Shown piece by piece: positions 1 to 10,058 of a stretch of 64,000 nucleotides of DNA (the first letter of the stretch is position 1; each line of letters begins with the position of its first letter). Below the pieces are notes generated by a model. The model was not told where the DNA came from and did no database searches. It saw only the letters and a program-made list of their open reading frames with translations. The translations under genes were made by a program, and so were the position numbers. This DNA comes from an uncultured Hyphomicrobiales bacterium. GTDB lineage: Bacteria > Bacteroidota > Ignavibacteria > Kapaibacteriales > UBA2268. The stretch covers positions 86,409 to 150,408 of the forward strand of contig CAZYXG010000002.1 of assembly GCA_964650885.1 (NCBI GenBank), read 5' to 3'.

Positions 1-602
1 ACAAAAAAAGCTACTTGCAACTTAAAGATACAATTAAGCACATTAAAGAACACCCAAAAGCAATGAAATTTTTAATTGCTTTCCTTTTTTATAACGATGG
101 AATTCAAGCAGTTATTACATTTTCATCTATTTTTGCTGCAATTGAATTAAAAATGGAACAAAGTGATTTGATAACTGCAATTTTGCTTGTGCAATTTGTT
201 GCTTTTTTTGGAGCATTGCTCTTCGGAAAGATTGCAAATAGGATTGGAGCAAAAAGGGCATTGATATATTCACTTCTCATTTGGATTAGTGCATTAATTT
301 CTTGCTATTTCTTTGTGCAAAATGGAAGCCATTTTTATTACTTAGCAATTGTTATAGCAATTGTGCTGGGTGGCACACAAGCTTTGTCTCGTTCCTTGTA
401 TTCAAGATTAATTCCTAAGAATAAGGAAGCAGAATACTTTAGTTTATATGAAATATCAGATAGAGGCACGAGTTGGCTCGGCACATTTTTATTTAGTTTT
501 TCATTGCAATTCACTCAAAGCTATAGAATAGCAATAGTATCGTTAATTATATTCTTTGTGATAGGTCTAACGTTACTTTGGAATTTCAAAGAAGAAGGTT
601 AG
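1..602 (+). CDS. MFS transporter, C-terminal part (UMF1/Atg22-like); 5' end lies outside the window
   Basis: Reading frame is open from the window edge. About 6 hydrophobic helices with a typical MFS loop (GKIANRIGAKRAL). Stop at 600-602. Confidence 0.6.
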   Translation, partial: KKSYLQLKDTIKHIKEHPKAMKFLIAFLFYNDGIQAVITFSSIFAAIELKMEQSDLITAILLVQFVAFFGALLFGKIANRIGAKRALIYSLLIWISALISCYFFVQNGSHFYYLAIVIAIVLGGTQALSRSLYSRLIPKNKEAEYFSLYEISDRGTSWLGTFLFSFSLQFTQSYRIAIVSLIIFFVIGLTLLWNFKEEG

Positions 603-734
603 TCTGCCAATTGGAAAGTAAACAAAGCCATTCCAAACTAAGCAAAAATATTCTGAAAAGTATTAAAAGAATTTTCATTCAACATAGGTCTGGTATCCAA
701 CCCCGAAATAAAAATAAATCTTATATAAATAAGT

Positions 735-766
735 AAAGCCCATAACTTAAGTTATGGGCTTTTTGT
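735..766. terminator. Intrinsic terminator hairpin between convergent genes
   Basis: AAAGCCCATAAC (735-746) / GTTATGGGCTTT (751-762), 12-bp stem, TTAA loop, T-run on the + strand. Confidence 0.7.
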
Positions 767-791
767 AAATACTTTAATTATGTCTTCTTAA

Positions 792-1673
792 TTATTCAGA
801 TTTCAACATATTCATTACTTCGTCAAGTTTAGGAGTAATGATAATATCTGTTCGTCTGTTTGATGAGCGAGTTTCTTTGGTTTCATTGCTGCTAATTGGG
901 TAGTATTCACTTTTCCCAGATGCTGTTATTCTTGTTGGTTCTACAGCTCCTTTTAGAGAAAGAAATCGAACTACTTCAGTGGAACGCAAAACGCTCAAAT
1001 CCCAATTGTCGTCGAATTTACCACCACCAGAAACTGGTTGATTATCCGTATGACCTTCCACCAAAATATTCAAATCTTGCTGTTGATTAAGTACTTTTGC
1101 AAGTTCAATCAGGGCTTCTTGTCCTGTTTTATCAATTGCAGTGCTGCCAGATTTGAAAAGTAATTGGCTTGAAAGTGAGACATAGACTTTGCCATCTTTA
1201 ATAGACACAGTTAAGCCACTTTCAGTAAAGCCAAGCAATGCTTTATTCAATCTTTCTTTTAGAGAATTCATAGCACGTTCTCTAGCTTTCAGCTTCTCAT
1301 TGATATCGTTTAATTTCAATTCATTTTTTTGAATTTGAGATTGTAATTTTAATTTATCCGATTCAAGCTGAGAGATTTTATCAATCAATTCCGAATTCTC
1401 TTTGTTAGAATTTTGTTTTAAAGATTCTAATTGAGACTTCAAACTTTCAACTATTTGTTTTTGTTTTACTAAATCATTCTTCAAAGTTTGAGCTTCAATA
1501 TTTTGTGCGAACACTTTATCTTCTGAATTTTTATAATTCAAAAGATAAGAATCAGCAACTCTTTGAAGTGAATCTCTTTTTGCAACCATTTCATCATAAG
1601 TTGATTGGCTAACACAAGAGCTTAAAGAAATTGTGACAAACAAAGCAAGAACAAATAAATAGTATTTTTTCAT
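792..1673 (-). CDS. OmpA-domain lipoprotein with a long coiled-coil
   Basis: Lipobox LSSC, heptad-rich Q/K/L/E segment, C-terminal OmpA-like domain (GHTDN...NRRTDIII). Its ATG overlaps the glnN stop (TAATG). Confidence 0.75.
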   Translation of the reverse strand: MKKYYLFVLALFVTISLSSCVSQSTYDEMVAKRDSLQRVADSYLLNYKNSEDKVFAQNIEAQTLKNDLVKQKQIVESLKSQLESLKQNSNKENSELIDKISQLESDKLKLQSQIQKNELKLNDINEKLKARERAMNSLKERLNKALLGFTESGLTVSIKDGKVYVSLSSQLLFKSGSTAIDKTGQEALIELAKVLNQQQDLNILVEGHTDNQPVSGGGKFDDNWDLSVLRSTEVVRFLSLKGAVEPTRITASGKSEYYPISSNETKETRSSNRRTDIIITPKLDEVMNMLKSE

Positions 1674-3859
1674 TAATTTAAGAATAATAATTCCCTGTAT
1701 TTAGGTAATGGCCAAGTTGCATCGTCAGTAGTTTTTTCTAATTCATCTGCGTGCTTTCTTATTAAATCGAAATATGGCTTCACTTTTTCAAAGAACGCTT
1801 TTGCAGTGTCCGATTCTTTTGGTAAGTGGTGAGCAATATGTTTTTCATGTTTCATTTCTTCAATTAATCTTTGCATTTCTTTTAAGCTATGAGAAATAGA
1901 TTTAATCATTGGCTTAATGATGTTCGCTTCTTCGTCCATACCAATTGAAATCAAGTCTTGCACATTGTGAATCAATTTACTTTGGTATTCTATAACAGCT
2001 GGAATAATTTGAGTTGTTGCCATTTCTGAAATTATTCGAGATTCAATGTCTAATTTTTTGATGTATTCTTCTACATAAACATTGTATCTAGCTATGATTT
2101 CAGATTCATTATAAATACCATTATCTATAAAGAGTTTTTTCGATTCTTCAGTCAAATAGATTTCTAAAGCTTCTGGTGTAGATTTGATGTTTTTCAATCC
2201 ACGGCTAGCAGCTTCATCTACCCACTCTTCGCTATAGTTATTGCCATTGAAAATGATATTATCAAGATCGGAAGCTAATTTTTTTAGCACTATTTTAATT
2301 GCAGAGTTAGTTTCTTCGCCAGATTCGATTAATACTTCAACTTCTTTTTTGAATTTAACCAATTGGTCTGCCACCATAGTATTCAAAATAGTCATTGGGT
2401 TAGATACATTCACAGAAGAGCCAACAGCACGGAACTCAAATCTATTTCCAGTGAATGGAAATGGAGAAGTTCTATTTCTGTCAGTTGTGTCAATGCTAAA
2501 TGAAGCAATTTTGCTTAAATTCATATCCAAACTTGCAATTTCATTTTCAGTATTTTCAATACCGTTTCTGAAATCATCAATAACTTTTTGAAGTGATTCA
2601 CCTGTATAAACAGAAATAATAGCAGGAGGAGCTTCATTTGCACCAAGTCTATGTTCATTGCCGACAGTAGCAATACTTGCTCTAAGTAAATCGCTATGAT
2701 TTTGAACTGCTTTAATAGTGTTTATAAAGAAAGTTAAAAATCTAAGATTTTGACTTGGGTTGTCGCCAGGTGAAAGTAAGTTTTCTTGTTTATCTGTGGC
2801 AATAGACCAGTTATTATGCTTTCCAGAACCATTGATACCAGCATAAGGTTTTTCATGGAGTAAAACTCTCAATCTATGTCTTTTTGCAATTTTATCAATA
2901 ATATCCATCAAAAGTTGATTGTGGTCGGCAGCGACATTTACTGTTTCAAACATTGGAGCGCATTCAAATTGAGTAGGAGCTACTTCATTGTGTCGTGTAC
3001 GAACTGGAATCCCCATCATTAAGCAATCGTCTTCAAAGTCGTGCATAAAGTCTTGTACACGTTCAGGGATAGAAGCAAAATAGTGATCGTCCAACTGTTG
3101 CCCACGAGCAGCATTGCTACCGAAAAGAGTTCTGCCACAAAGCATTAAATCTGGTCGTGCATTGAAAAGTGCTTCATCAACAAGGAAATATTCTTGTTCC
3201 CAACCAAGAGTTGGCGACACTTTTTTTACAGTAGAATCAAAATAACGACAAACATCGGTTGCTGCTTTATCAACTGCATTTATTGATTTCAATAAAGGCG
3301 TTTTTAAATCTAATGATTCGCCAGTATATGAAATAAAAATAGCGGGAATACATAGTGTTTTGCCGTGAGCAGATTCCGAAATAAAAGCATAACTTGAGGG
3401 ATCCCAAATTGTGTAGCCACGTGCAGTTGCTGTTCCTCTAAGTCCACCAGAAGGAAAACTAGAGCCATCAGTTTCTTGCTTAATTAAATCAGATCCATTG
3501 AAAGATTCAACTACGTTTCCTTTTGTATCGAAAGTGAAAAAAGAGTCATGTTTTTCAGCAGTTTTACCAGTCAATGGCTGAAACCAATGCGTGAAGTGGG
3601 TAGCACCATTATCCATAGCCCAATTTTTCATACCAACTGCCACAAAGTCAGCAGTTTTAGGGTCTATTTGTTCACCTGTTTCTATTGAGTTCATTAATGA
3701 ATCGTATGCTTCTCTCATTAAGTATTTTTTAATTGCTTCTGGCCCGAATACATTTTTACCAAAGTATTCAGAGATTGGTTTCCCTTGGAAGTTAGAAATA
3801 AAACGTGAATCAGAGCGGTCGGCATTTACCCTTTTAAGACTGTCGCTACGAATTGACAT
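1673..3859 (-). CDS. glnN: Glutamine synthetase type III
   Basis: 728 aa, the length and sequence character of GSIII (Bacteroides-type GlnN). Catalytic-domain stretches such as NGSGKHNNWS are conserved. Confidence 0.9.
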   Translation of the reverse strand: MSIRSDSLKRVNADRSDSRFISNFQGKPISEYFGKNVFGPEAIKKYLMREAYDSLMNSIETGEQIDPKTADFVAVGMKNWAMDNGATHFTHWFQPLTGKTAEKHDSFFTFDTKGNVVESFNGSDLIKQETDGSSFPSGGLRGTATARGYTIWDPSSYAFISESAHGKTLCIPAIFISYTGESLDLKTPLLKSINAVDKAATDVCRYFDSTVKKVSPTLGWEQEYFLVDEALFNARPDLMLCGRTLFGSNAARGQQLDDHYFASIPERVQDFMHDFEDDCLMMGIPVRTRHNEVAPTQFECAPMFETVNVAADHNQLLMDIIDKIAKRHRLRVLLHEKPYAGINGSGKHNNWSIATDKQENLLSPGDNPSQNLRFLTFFINTIKAVQNHSDLLRASIATVGNEHRLGANEAPPAIISVYTGESLQKVIDDFRNGIENTENEIASLDMNLSKIASFSIDTTDRNRTSPFPFTGNRFEFRAVGSSVNVSNPMTILNTMVADQLVKFKKEVEVLIESGEETNSAIKIVLKKLASDLDNIIFNGNNYSEEWVDEAASRGLKNIKSTPEALEIYLTEESKKLFIDNGIYNESEIIARYNVYVEEYIKKLDIESRIISEMATTQIIPAVIEYQSKLIHNVQDLISIGMDEEANIIKPMIKSISHSLKEMQRLIEEMKHEKHIAHHLPKESDTAKAFFEKVKPYFDLIRKHADELEKTTDDATWPLPKYRELLFLN

Positions 3860-3954
3860 AAAAATTGTAGTAATTAGTTGAAAAAATGTTTACTAAATTA
3901 ATTTAAAATTTTAAAAAATAAACCGTATAATTAGCTTATTTATTAACACTACAA

Positions 3955-4467
3955 TTAATCATCGTTTGCATCAGAAAAATATTTTTTAGGAAATTCAATT
4001 GCTTCAAGTTGTCCAATTGAATTTGAAATTTCAGACCAAAACTCAGTATCAAATGAAATTTTAATAATTGTACAAGTAGGCACATGCCCAACTATATCTT
4101 GAATAAGATCATTAGCTAAAAGGGTAATATCTGGATTATGACCAAAAACTGCTACTGAATCTATTGAATCATCGAGTTGTGAAATGATTGTAGGAATTTC
4201 CTTTTGCCCATTGGAATAGATATCTCTATTGAAAGTGATTTCGTTGGAATCAATACCAAATTCATCAGCAAAAAAGTTGGCTGTTGTCATAGCTCTAACG
4301 GCAGGGCTAGAAATAATTTTTTGTGGAATTTCAAATAATTCTTTGAATTTAGCTGCCATAAAAGGTGCATCTCTCAAACCTCTTTTGCTAAGTGTTCTTT
4401 CAAAATCTTTTAATTGAATATCGCCCCAATCCGATTTGGCGTGTCTTATTAAGAATAGGAATTTCAT
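3955..4467 (-). CDS. sixA: Histidine phosphatase family protein (SixA-like phosphohistidine phosphatase)
   Basis: N-terminal LIRHAKS (RHG-type motif) and FGHNP second histidine motif. 170 aa. Confidence 0.65.
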   Translation of the reverse strand: MKFLFLIRHAKSDWGDIQLKDFERTLSKRGLRDAPFMAAKFKELFEIPQKIISSPAVRAMTTANFFADEFGIDSNEITFNRDIYSNGQKEIPTIISQLDDSIDSVAVFGHNPDITLLANDLIQDIVGHVPTCTIIKISFDTEFWSEISNSIGQLEAIEFPKKYFSDANDD

Positions 4468-5373
4468 TTAACGGTTTAGCCCGAATCTATTAATGAATAA
4501 TTTTATTGATAGCCAATGCTTCAATGCAATAAGTATTTTGTGGAAACCATTCACTTTAATTTTCTTTTCGAAAACATTATAGTTGTTTAACTCAATCTTT
4601 TCTAATAATCTATAGTAAATCGAATCCATAATTTCAGCAGGAAATAATCTATATTTCTCATCTGGTCGTAGTGAAGTCCTTGCTTTATGGTAGTAATCTC
4701 TTACTCTTTGACATTCAAATTTCATAAGATTTATAAAATTATCATTGTAAAGTTCTGAGATTAGGTCTTCTTCTGAATAATGAAATCTTTCCAAATCTTC
4801 TTTAGGCAAATATATATAACCTCTATCTTTATCAACTTTTATATCACGAAGAATATTTGTTAGTTGCAAAGCATAACCCAAGTTGATTGCATAGTTCTTT
4901 GTTTCTTCATACTTATACCCAAAAATTTCAATTGCCATAAGACCAACAACTGAAGCAACATTATAGCAATATTCTTTCAATTCACCAAAAGTGTTGTATC
5001 TATTTTGAACCAAATCTCTTCTGCAACCATCAATTAAGTTAAGAAAATACTGCTTTGGAATAACAAAGCGTTCAATAACATTAGCAAGTTTTAGTATGAT
5101 TGGATTGTTATCCTTAAATAGATATATCTTATCAATTTCTCTTTCCCACCAAGCTAATCGAGCAAGTTTTTTTTCTAATACTGTTGTATCGGGTGTAGGA
5201 GTGCTATCTACAATATTATCAATATAGCTACAAAAAGCATAGATAGAAGTGATAGCTCTTTTTTCTTCGAGTGGGAGAAATGAAAACGAATACAAAAAGT
5301 TAGAACTCTCCAACTGTGGCGGAGAGACATTTTCGTAGGATGCTAATTCTATTTGAGTAACTACTTGATTCAT
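4468..5373 (-). CDS. hpnD: Presqualene diphosphate synthase (squalene/phytoene synthase family, HpnD-like)
   Basis: SFLPLEEKRAITSIYAFCSYIDNIVD (first DxxxD) and RDIKVD (second Asp-rich motif). Confidence 0.7.
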   Translation of the reverse strand: MNQVVTQIELASYENVSPPQLESSNFLYSFSFLPLEEKRAITSIYAFCSYIDNIVDSTPTPDTTVLEKKLARLAWWEREIDKIYLFKDNNPIILKLANVIERFVIPKQYFLNLIDGCRRDLVQNRYNTFGELKEYCYNVASVVGLMAIEIFGYKYEETKNYAINLGYALQLTNILRDIKVDKDRGYIYLPKEDLERFHYSEEDLISELYNDNFINLMKFECQRVRDYYHKARTSLRPDEKYRLFPAEIMDSIYYRLLEKIELNNYNVFEKKIKVNGFHKILIALKHWLSIKLFINRFGLNR

Positions 5374-5380
5374 TTAGATA

Positions 5381-6340
5381 TCATCTCGATAGAATTTTTT
5401 GATGCAATAAAACGTTAGTAATAATTATGATTAAGTCAAATTTAACTAATTTAGGTCTTATTTCAAATATATTTTTAGTTTTTCTTAGCTTTTTAATCAT
5501 TAAAAAGCCACTTTCTATAATTATAGCAATTTCCAGTTTCAAACGATAGCTTTTTAAATTCTTAACTAATTGAGTACCATCTAATAGCAAAGACTCAGTA
5601 TAATTATAAAGTTCATCGAGCATTGCTTCGGAATTGTTTTCTTCGTCAGTCAAAACAAACAAGTCATCAGTCATTGCTATTTGAATATTGTATTCATTCA
5701 TTATTTGCTTAGGAATGAAGAGTCGTTTGTTTCTTAAATCAATGCTTAAATCTTGCCAAAAGTTAATTAGTTGCAAGGCGGTACAAATCTTATTGGAAAA
5801 AGCTATGTTGGATAATAAATTTTCACCGAATAAACTGAGGACTAATTCACCTATAGGATTGGCAGAATTATCGCAGTAATCTAATAAATCGTCATAAATA
5901 TTAGCTTGGAAATCAGCATTCCCATTTTCTCTTTCTATATCCCAAATAAAAGCAACTATTAGTTTTTTGAATAAGTTAATATCAATCAGTTTTTTATGTA
6001 TTGTATCAGCTAATGCATTGAAGATTGGATTGTTACTTTGATTACCTAAATAGACCTTCTCTAAATTATTAACGAAATTATTCAAACAATCTATTTTATC
6101 GCTTGAGCTTATTTCTTTCAATTCATCTGAAATATCATCTGCTATTCTAGCAAATGAATAAATTGCATAGAAATGTTTTCTTTCTTTTTGGGGTATAAGC
6201 ACACTTGCGACAGGGAAATTCTCATAGTGAGATGTTGCAATTTTTTCGCAAAACGAATAACTTTCACTAATGTTATTGGAGCTGAAATTAGAACAGTTTA
6301 ATTCAGTTAAAGATATATATTCTTGACTACTAAATTGCAT
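5381..6340 (-). CDS. hpnC: Hydroxysqualene synthase (squalene synthase HpnC-like)
   Basis: HYENFPVASVLIP signature, YSFARIADDISD and QDLSID Asp-rich motifs. Confidence 0.7.
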   Translation of the reverse strand: MQFSSQEYISLTELNCSNFSSNNISESYSFCEKIATSHYENFPVASVLIPQKERKHFYAIYSFARIADDISDELKEISSSDKIDCLNNFVNNLEKVYLGNQSNNPIFNALADTIHKKLIDINLFKKLIVAFIWDIERENGNADFQANIYDDLLDYCDNSANPIGELVLSLFGENLLSNIAFSNKICTALQLINFWQDLSIDLRNKRLFIPKQIMNEYNIQIAMTDDLFVLTDEENNSEAMLDELYNYTESLLLDGTQLVKNLKSYRLKLEIAIIIESGFLMIKKLRKTKNIFEIRPKLVKFDLIIIITNVLLHQKILSR

Positions 6341-6342
6341 AA

Positions 6343-8049
6343 TTACTTTTCAATCACTGAAAGCTTACCTGAAACAACATCATCTTTAAATGCAACGGTG
6401 TAATAGTAAACACCAGAATTTAAATATTTTTCTGGGTTTGACAGCCTAATCACTTTTTTGCCATCTATTAATAACGTTTCACCAATTCCAGAAAAAGCAA
6501 CAGAAAAGTCCAAGTTCATAATTTTGAGAGTTGGCATTTCAAAATCGAAAGGTTTATAGTTGCAAGGAGCTGAAAAATAGATTGAATTATCTAAATTCAA
6601 TTTGATTGGGCTTGGAAAAGAATATGAAAAACAATCACTTTTTACTCCTGTTCTACTATAACTTTCAAAACAAGTATTGTCCGAACTTTCAATATTACAG
6701 TAATAATTTAAGTTTTTGACCTTACTAAAGCCATTTTGATCGAAGTTTTGTAGTATAACCTTAGTTGCTGGATAGCCAGGTCTTTGAGTCATATCTGAGG
6801 AAATGTTTCCTAACTTTGCTTTTGCTAAATCAGAATTAGAGATAACAATATCTATAGTATCATTAGTATTAGTGTTGTTACTGATAACAATCTTTCTATA
6901 TGCAAAAAAAGACATTGGCATAAGTTTGCGAGAGTAATTTTCAATTGGGGGTGCGAAGAATATGTTGTTATTGTAATTAGCAGTATCGAGCAAATTATCG
7001 TATCTCATTGCTGGCATCAAATCAGCATTGGCAAAATAGTTACCTTTAATGCTTTGTTTTCCAGTATGGTAAATCCATTCAGTATATTTGCACCAATAGT
7101 AGTCCAATCGTTTCCCGCTAATCGAATAAGCAGCAGAATCCATACTGATAAATAAAGGGATTTTATTTGAAGATATTTCCCAAGTAAGTTTTAAGAAATT
7201 ATCGCCAAGCAATTCGTACATCATCGTCCCAAAGGTAGCCAATGAATAACCTGAAATGAAATCACCATCTGCCAATGAGATAGAAGTTGAATTTTTCATT
7301 AAGTAATTCATATACGAAGTGAAATCAAGCGATTCTGGGAAAAGTCTATTTTCCATGTGAGAGCTAGACATTTCAGGAATATTTCTATTCTCGTTTTGCC
7401 ATGCATATCGGAATTGAATTGCGTGGTGAAACTCATGTGCAATCGTAATTTTTAAGCAAGTAATTGGTTCTTCAAAATAAGTTTTTGCATTTTTTCCAAA
7501 TTCTATTAGACTTGAATCCGTTTCACTATAATTGTTGTCCAAAATTATATAAGAATAAACTTTTTTGAAGTCTGCACTGCCAGAGTTGTCATCTGGAAAA
7601 GTAACTCCGTAATAACCACCATAAGTAACACCCAAATCAACTAAGTAAATATCGTAAGCTTTGCTCCCACCCAAGCCAGAGTCTGGAATAGGGGAGTTAT
7701 AACCAATTTCAAGTACTTCTACTTGATAAACATATTCTAAATAAAAGTCCATAGAGTCAATATAGTCAGGAACTCCATTTGAATTTTCATCAATAGTGAT
7801 TATGCTATTTAAACCAGTTTCTGTATAATGGATTAGAAAGTTTTTATTTGAAGTTTCATGCCTTTTTTCTAAAAAATCCATATTGCCGCGAAATGCCAAA
7901 TCTTGTATAGATTGAACTTGAAGATTATTAGATTTTGAAGGTAGATTCAAATAAGTAGCACACTTCTTTGGAAGAGATTGAGTGTTTAAGCACAGCAATA
8001 AGGAGTTCATTAATACTAATAAAACTAATGAACGTAAAGCATTAAACAT
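6343..8049 (-). CDS. Secreted putative zinc metalloprotease with T9SS-type C-terminal domain
   Basis: Signal peptide, HEFHH (HExxH) at ITIAHEFHHAIQF, C-terminal beta-sandwich tail (GVYYYTV...KLSVIEK). Confidence 0.5.
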   Translation of the reverse strand: MFNALRSLVLLVLMNSLLLCLNTQSLPKKCATYLNLPSKSNNLQVQSIQDLAFRGNMDFLEKRHETSNKNFLIHYTETGLNSIITIDENSNGVPDYIDSMDFYLEYVYQVEVLEIGYNSPIPDSGLGGSKAYDIYLVDLGVTYGGYYGVTFPDDNSGSADFKKVYSYIILDNNYSETDSSLIEFGKNAKTYFEEPITCLKITIAHEFHHAIQFRYAWQNENRNIPEMSSSHMENRLFPESLDFTSYMNYLMKNSTSISLADGDFISGYSLATFGTMMYELLGDNFLKLTWEISSNKIPLFISMDSAAYSISGKRLDYYWCKYTEWIYHTGKQSIKGNYFANADLMPAMRYDNLLDTANYNNNIFFAPPIENYSRKLMPMSFFAYRKIVISNNTNTNDTIDIVISNSDLAKAKLGNISSDMTQRPGYPATKVILQNFDQNGFSKVKNLNYYCNIESSDNTCFESYSRTGVKSDCFSYSFPSPIKLNLDNSIYFSAPCNYKPFDFEMPTLKIMNLDFSVAFSGIGETLLIDGKKVIRLSNPEKYLNSGVYYYTVAFKDDVVSGKLSVIEK

Positions 8050-8081
8050 AGCTTAATTTGAATTGATTATTGAAGAATTGA

Positions 8082-8504
8082 TTATTTAAAAATTTCTTTT
8101 AACATACCCCAAGTTCTCTTGATGCTATTCACATTGTGAGTAACAAATGTCACATCGGAGTAATTGGAAGAGTTATCAAAATTGACTGTCTTGATTCTGT
8201 AAGTGTAAAGATTACCTTCTACAGAAGCACCGCCGTTGTTTGCTTGTAAAAAAGCATCTTGATCGGCATACTTATAAATAGATCCGTCATTCTTTGATTT
8301 ATGTGTTGAAATTTTTCGGAAAGTATAGTTATCGTTAGATCTTTCAATTTCGTAGTAGTTGACAGCGGCATCACCAGCGAATTTCCATTCTATGTTTATA
8401 GCACTTCCTGTTGATTTTGCAGTAAATAAATCGAAGTTTAAATTTCCAGCAAAAGCAAAAACGCTAGCTATAAATAGCAATATTATTATTTTAAAGTTCT
8501 TCAT
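8082..8504 (-). CDS. Small secreted Fn3/Ig-like protein, function unknown
   Basis: Signal peptide, beta-rich 140 aa, codon usage consistent with neighbours. Confidence 0.4.
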   Translation of the reverse strand: MKNFKIIILLFIASVFAFAGNLNFDLFTAKSTGSAINIEWKFAGDAAVNYYEIERSNDNYTFRKISTHKSKNDGSIYKYADQDAFLQANNGGASVEGNLYTYRIKTVNFDNSSNYSDVTFVTHNVNSIKRTWGMLKEIFK

Positions 8505-8620
8505 AATTGATAGACTTTTAGTTTACGAATACAAAATTATTTAATTTTGTTGTAAAATTCAAGTAGAATATTTACTAAACTGTAAAAAAGCTCAATAATG
8601 ACAACCCTAATTAGAAAAAC

Positions 8621-9952
8621 ATGACTAGTTTATTTAACGAAAAAGATGAAAAGCTATTGCAAATATATGAAAAAAATTTGCAAAATAAACCTTTACCCGA
8701 AAGAGTTAGACCTTTGGTGCTTGATGATATCATAGGCCAATCCCACTTAATAGGGGAGAATGGAGTAATTTCAAAGCAAATCAAACAAGGCAAAATTCAT
8801 TCAATGATTCTTTGGGGAGAACCTGGAACAGGCAAAACTACTTTGGCAAACATTATTGCAAATAGCTTGGACTTGGAATTTCTTTCACTTTCTGCTTTGG
8901 ATTCGGGTGTGAAAGAATTGCGGCTTGCTATTAGCAAAGGTGAAGCTAACTTCAAACGAGGCAAACGCACTTTACTTTTTATTGATGAGATTCATAGATT
9001 CAATAAATCCCAACAAGATGGTTTGCTATCAGCTGTGGAAAAAGGTTTTGTAGTTTTAATCGGAGCTACCACAGAGAATCCTTCGTTTGAAGTGAATTCG
9101 GCTTTATTGAGTAGAAGCACTGTTTTCAAACTTAACTCTCTCACTAATGATGACATTAGGCAAATCCTTCAAAATGCAATTGCAAAAGATTCTTTGTTGA
9201 AAACAAAGAAAATTGAATTTGAAGACATTGAAATAATGATTGATTTATGTGGAGGAGACGCTAGAAGAGCTTTGGTTTATTTGGAAAATATCATTTCTCA
9301 AATGAGCGATAAAGATGAAATATATATTTCAAATAAGTTAGTGAAAAGCGTAATCAATAAAAGTATTTCCAAATACGATAAAAAAGGCGAAAACCACTAC
9401 GACACAATTTCTGCTTTTATTAAGTCGATGAGAGGCAGCGACCCCGATGCTGCAATATTTTGGTTAGCAAAAATGCTGGATGCTGGAGAAGATGCAATCT
9501 TTATTGCTCGTAGAATGGTGGTGTTCGCAAGTGAAGATATTGGAAATTCCGACCCTCAAGCTATTCAAGTGGCGATAAGTGTTTTCCAAGCTTGTCAATT
9601 AATTGGCTTACCTGAGTGTAGGATTAACTTAGCACAAGGAGTTACTTATTTGGCTTCTACAAACAAATCCAATGCTGCATATATGGCAATAGAAAAAGCT
9701 AGTGGTGAGATTCAAAAAGGAATTGATACAACTGTACCATTGCACTTAAGAAATGCACCTACGAAATTAATGAAAGAAATGAATTATGGTGTGGAATATC
9801 AATATCCACATTCTTTTCCATATAATTTCATAAAACAGGATTATTTCCCAAAAGGAATGAAAAGGAAAAAATATTATGAGCCAAGTTCGAATGGTTTTGA
9901 GAAAAAGCTTAAAGAAAGGTTGGAAACACTTTGGCAAGAAAAAATTGATTAG
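8621..9952 (+). CDS. rarA: Replication-associated recombination protein A (AAA+ ATPase)
   Basis: Walker A GEPGTGKTT, Walker B LFIDEIHRFNK, conserved MgsA C-terminal domain (YQYPH). Confidence 0.9.
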   Translation: MTSLFNEKDEKLLQIYEKNLQNKPLPERVRPLVLDDIIGQSHLIGENGVISKQIKQGKIHSMILWGEPGTGKTTLANIIANSLDLEFLSLSALDSGVKELRLAISKGEANFKRGKRTLLFIDEIHRFNKSQQDGLLSAVEKGFVVLIGATTENPSFEVNSALLSRSTVFKLNSLTNDDIRQILQNAIAKDSLLKTKKIEFEDIEIMIDLCGGDARRALVYLENIISQMSDKDEIYISNKLVKSVINKSISKYDKKGENHYDTISAFIKSMRGSDPDAAIFWLAKMLDAGEDAIFIARRMVVFASEDIGNSDPQAIQVAISVFQACQLIGLPECRINLAQGVTYLASTNKSNAAYMAIEKASGEIQKGIDTTVPLHLRNAPTKLMKEMNYGVEYQYPHSFPYNFIKQDYFPKGMKRKKYYEPSSNGFEKKLKERLETLWQEKID

Positions 9953-10022
9953 TTTGGAAACTTACTTGAAAATCTAACGTTTTTATAATTGATTATTTTT
10001 AATTTTGTAATTGTAACTATTG

Positions 10023-10030
10023 TAATTTTG
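10023..10030 (+). promoter_or_regulatory. Bacteroidota-type -7 box (TAnnTTTG) upstream of the ompA-family gene
   Basis: TAATTTTG lies 29 nt upstream of the ATG at 10059. Confidence 0.3.
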
Positions 10031-10058
10031 CAAAAAAATTAAGGAATTCTGTAAACTT

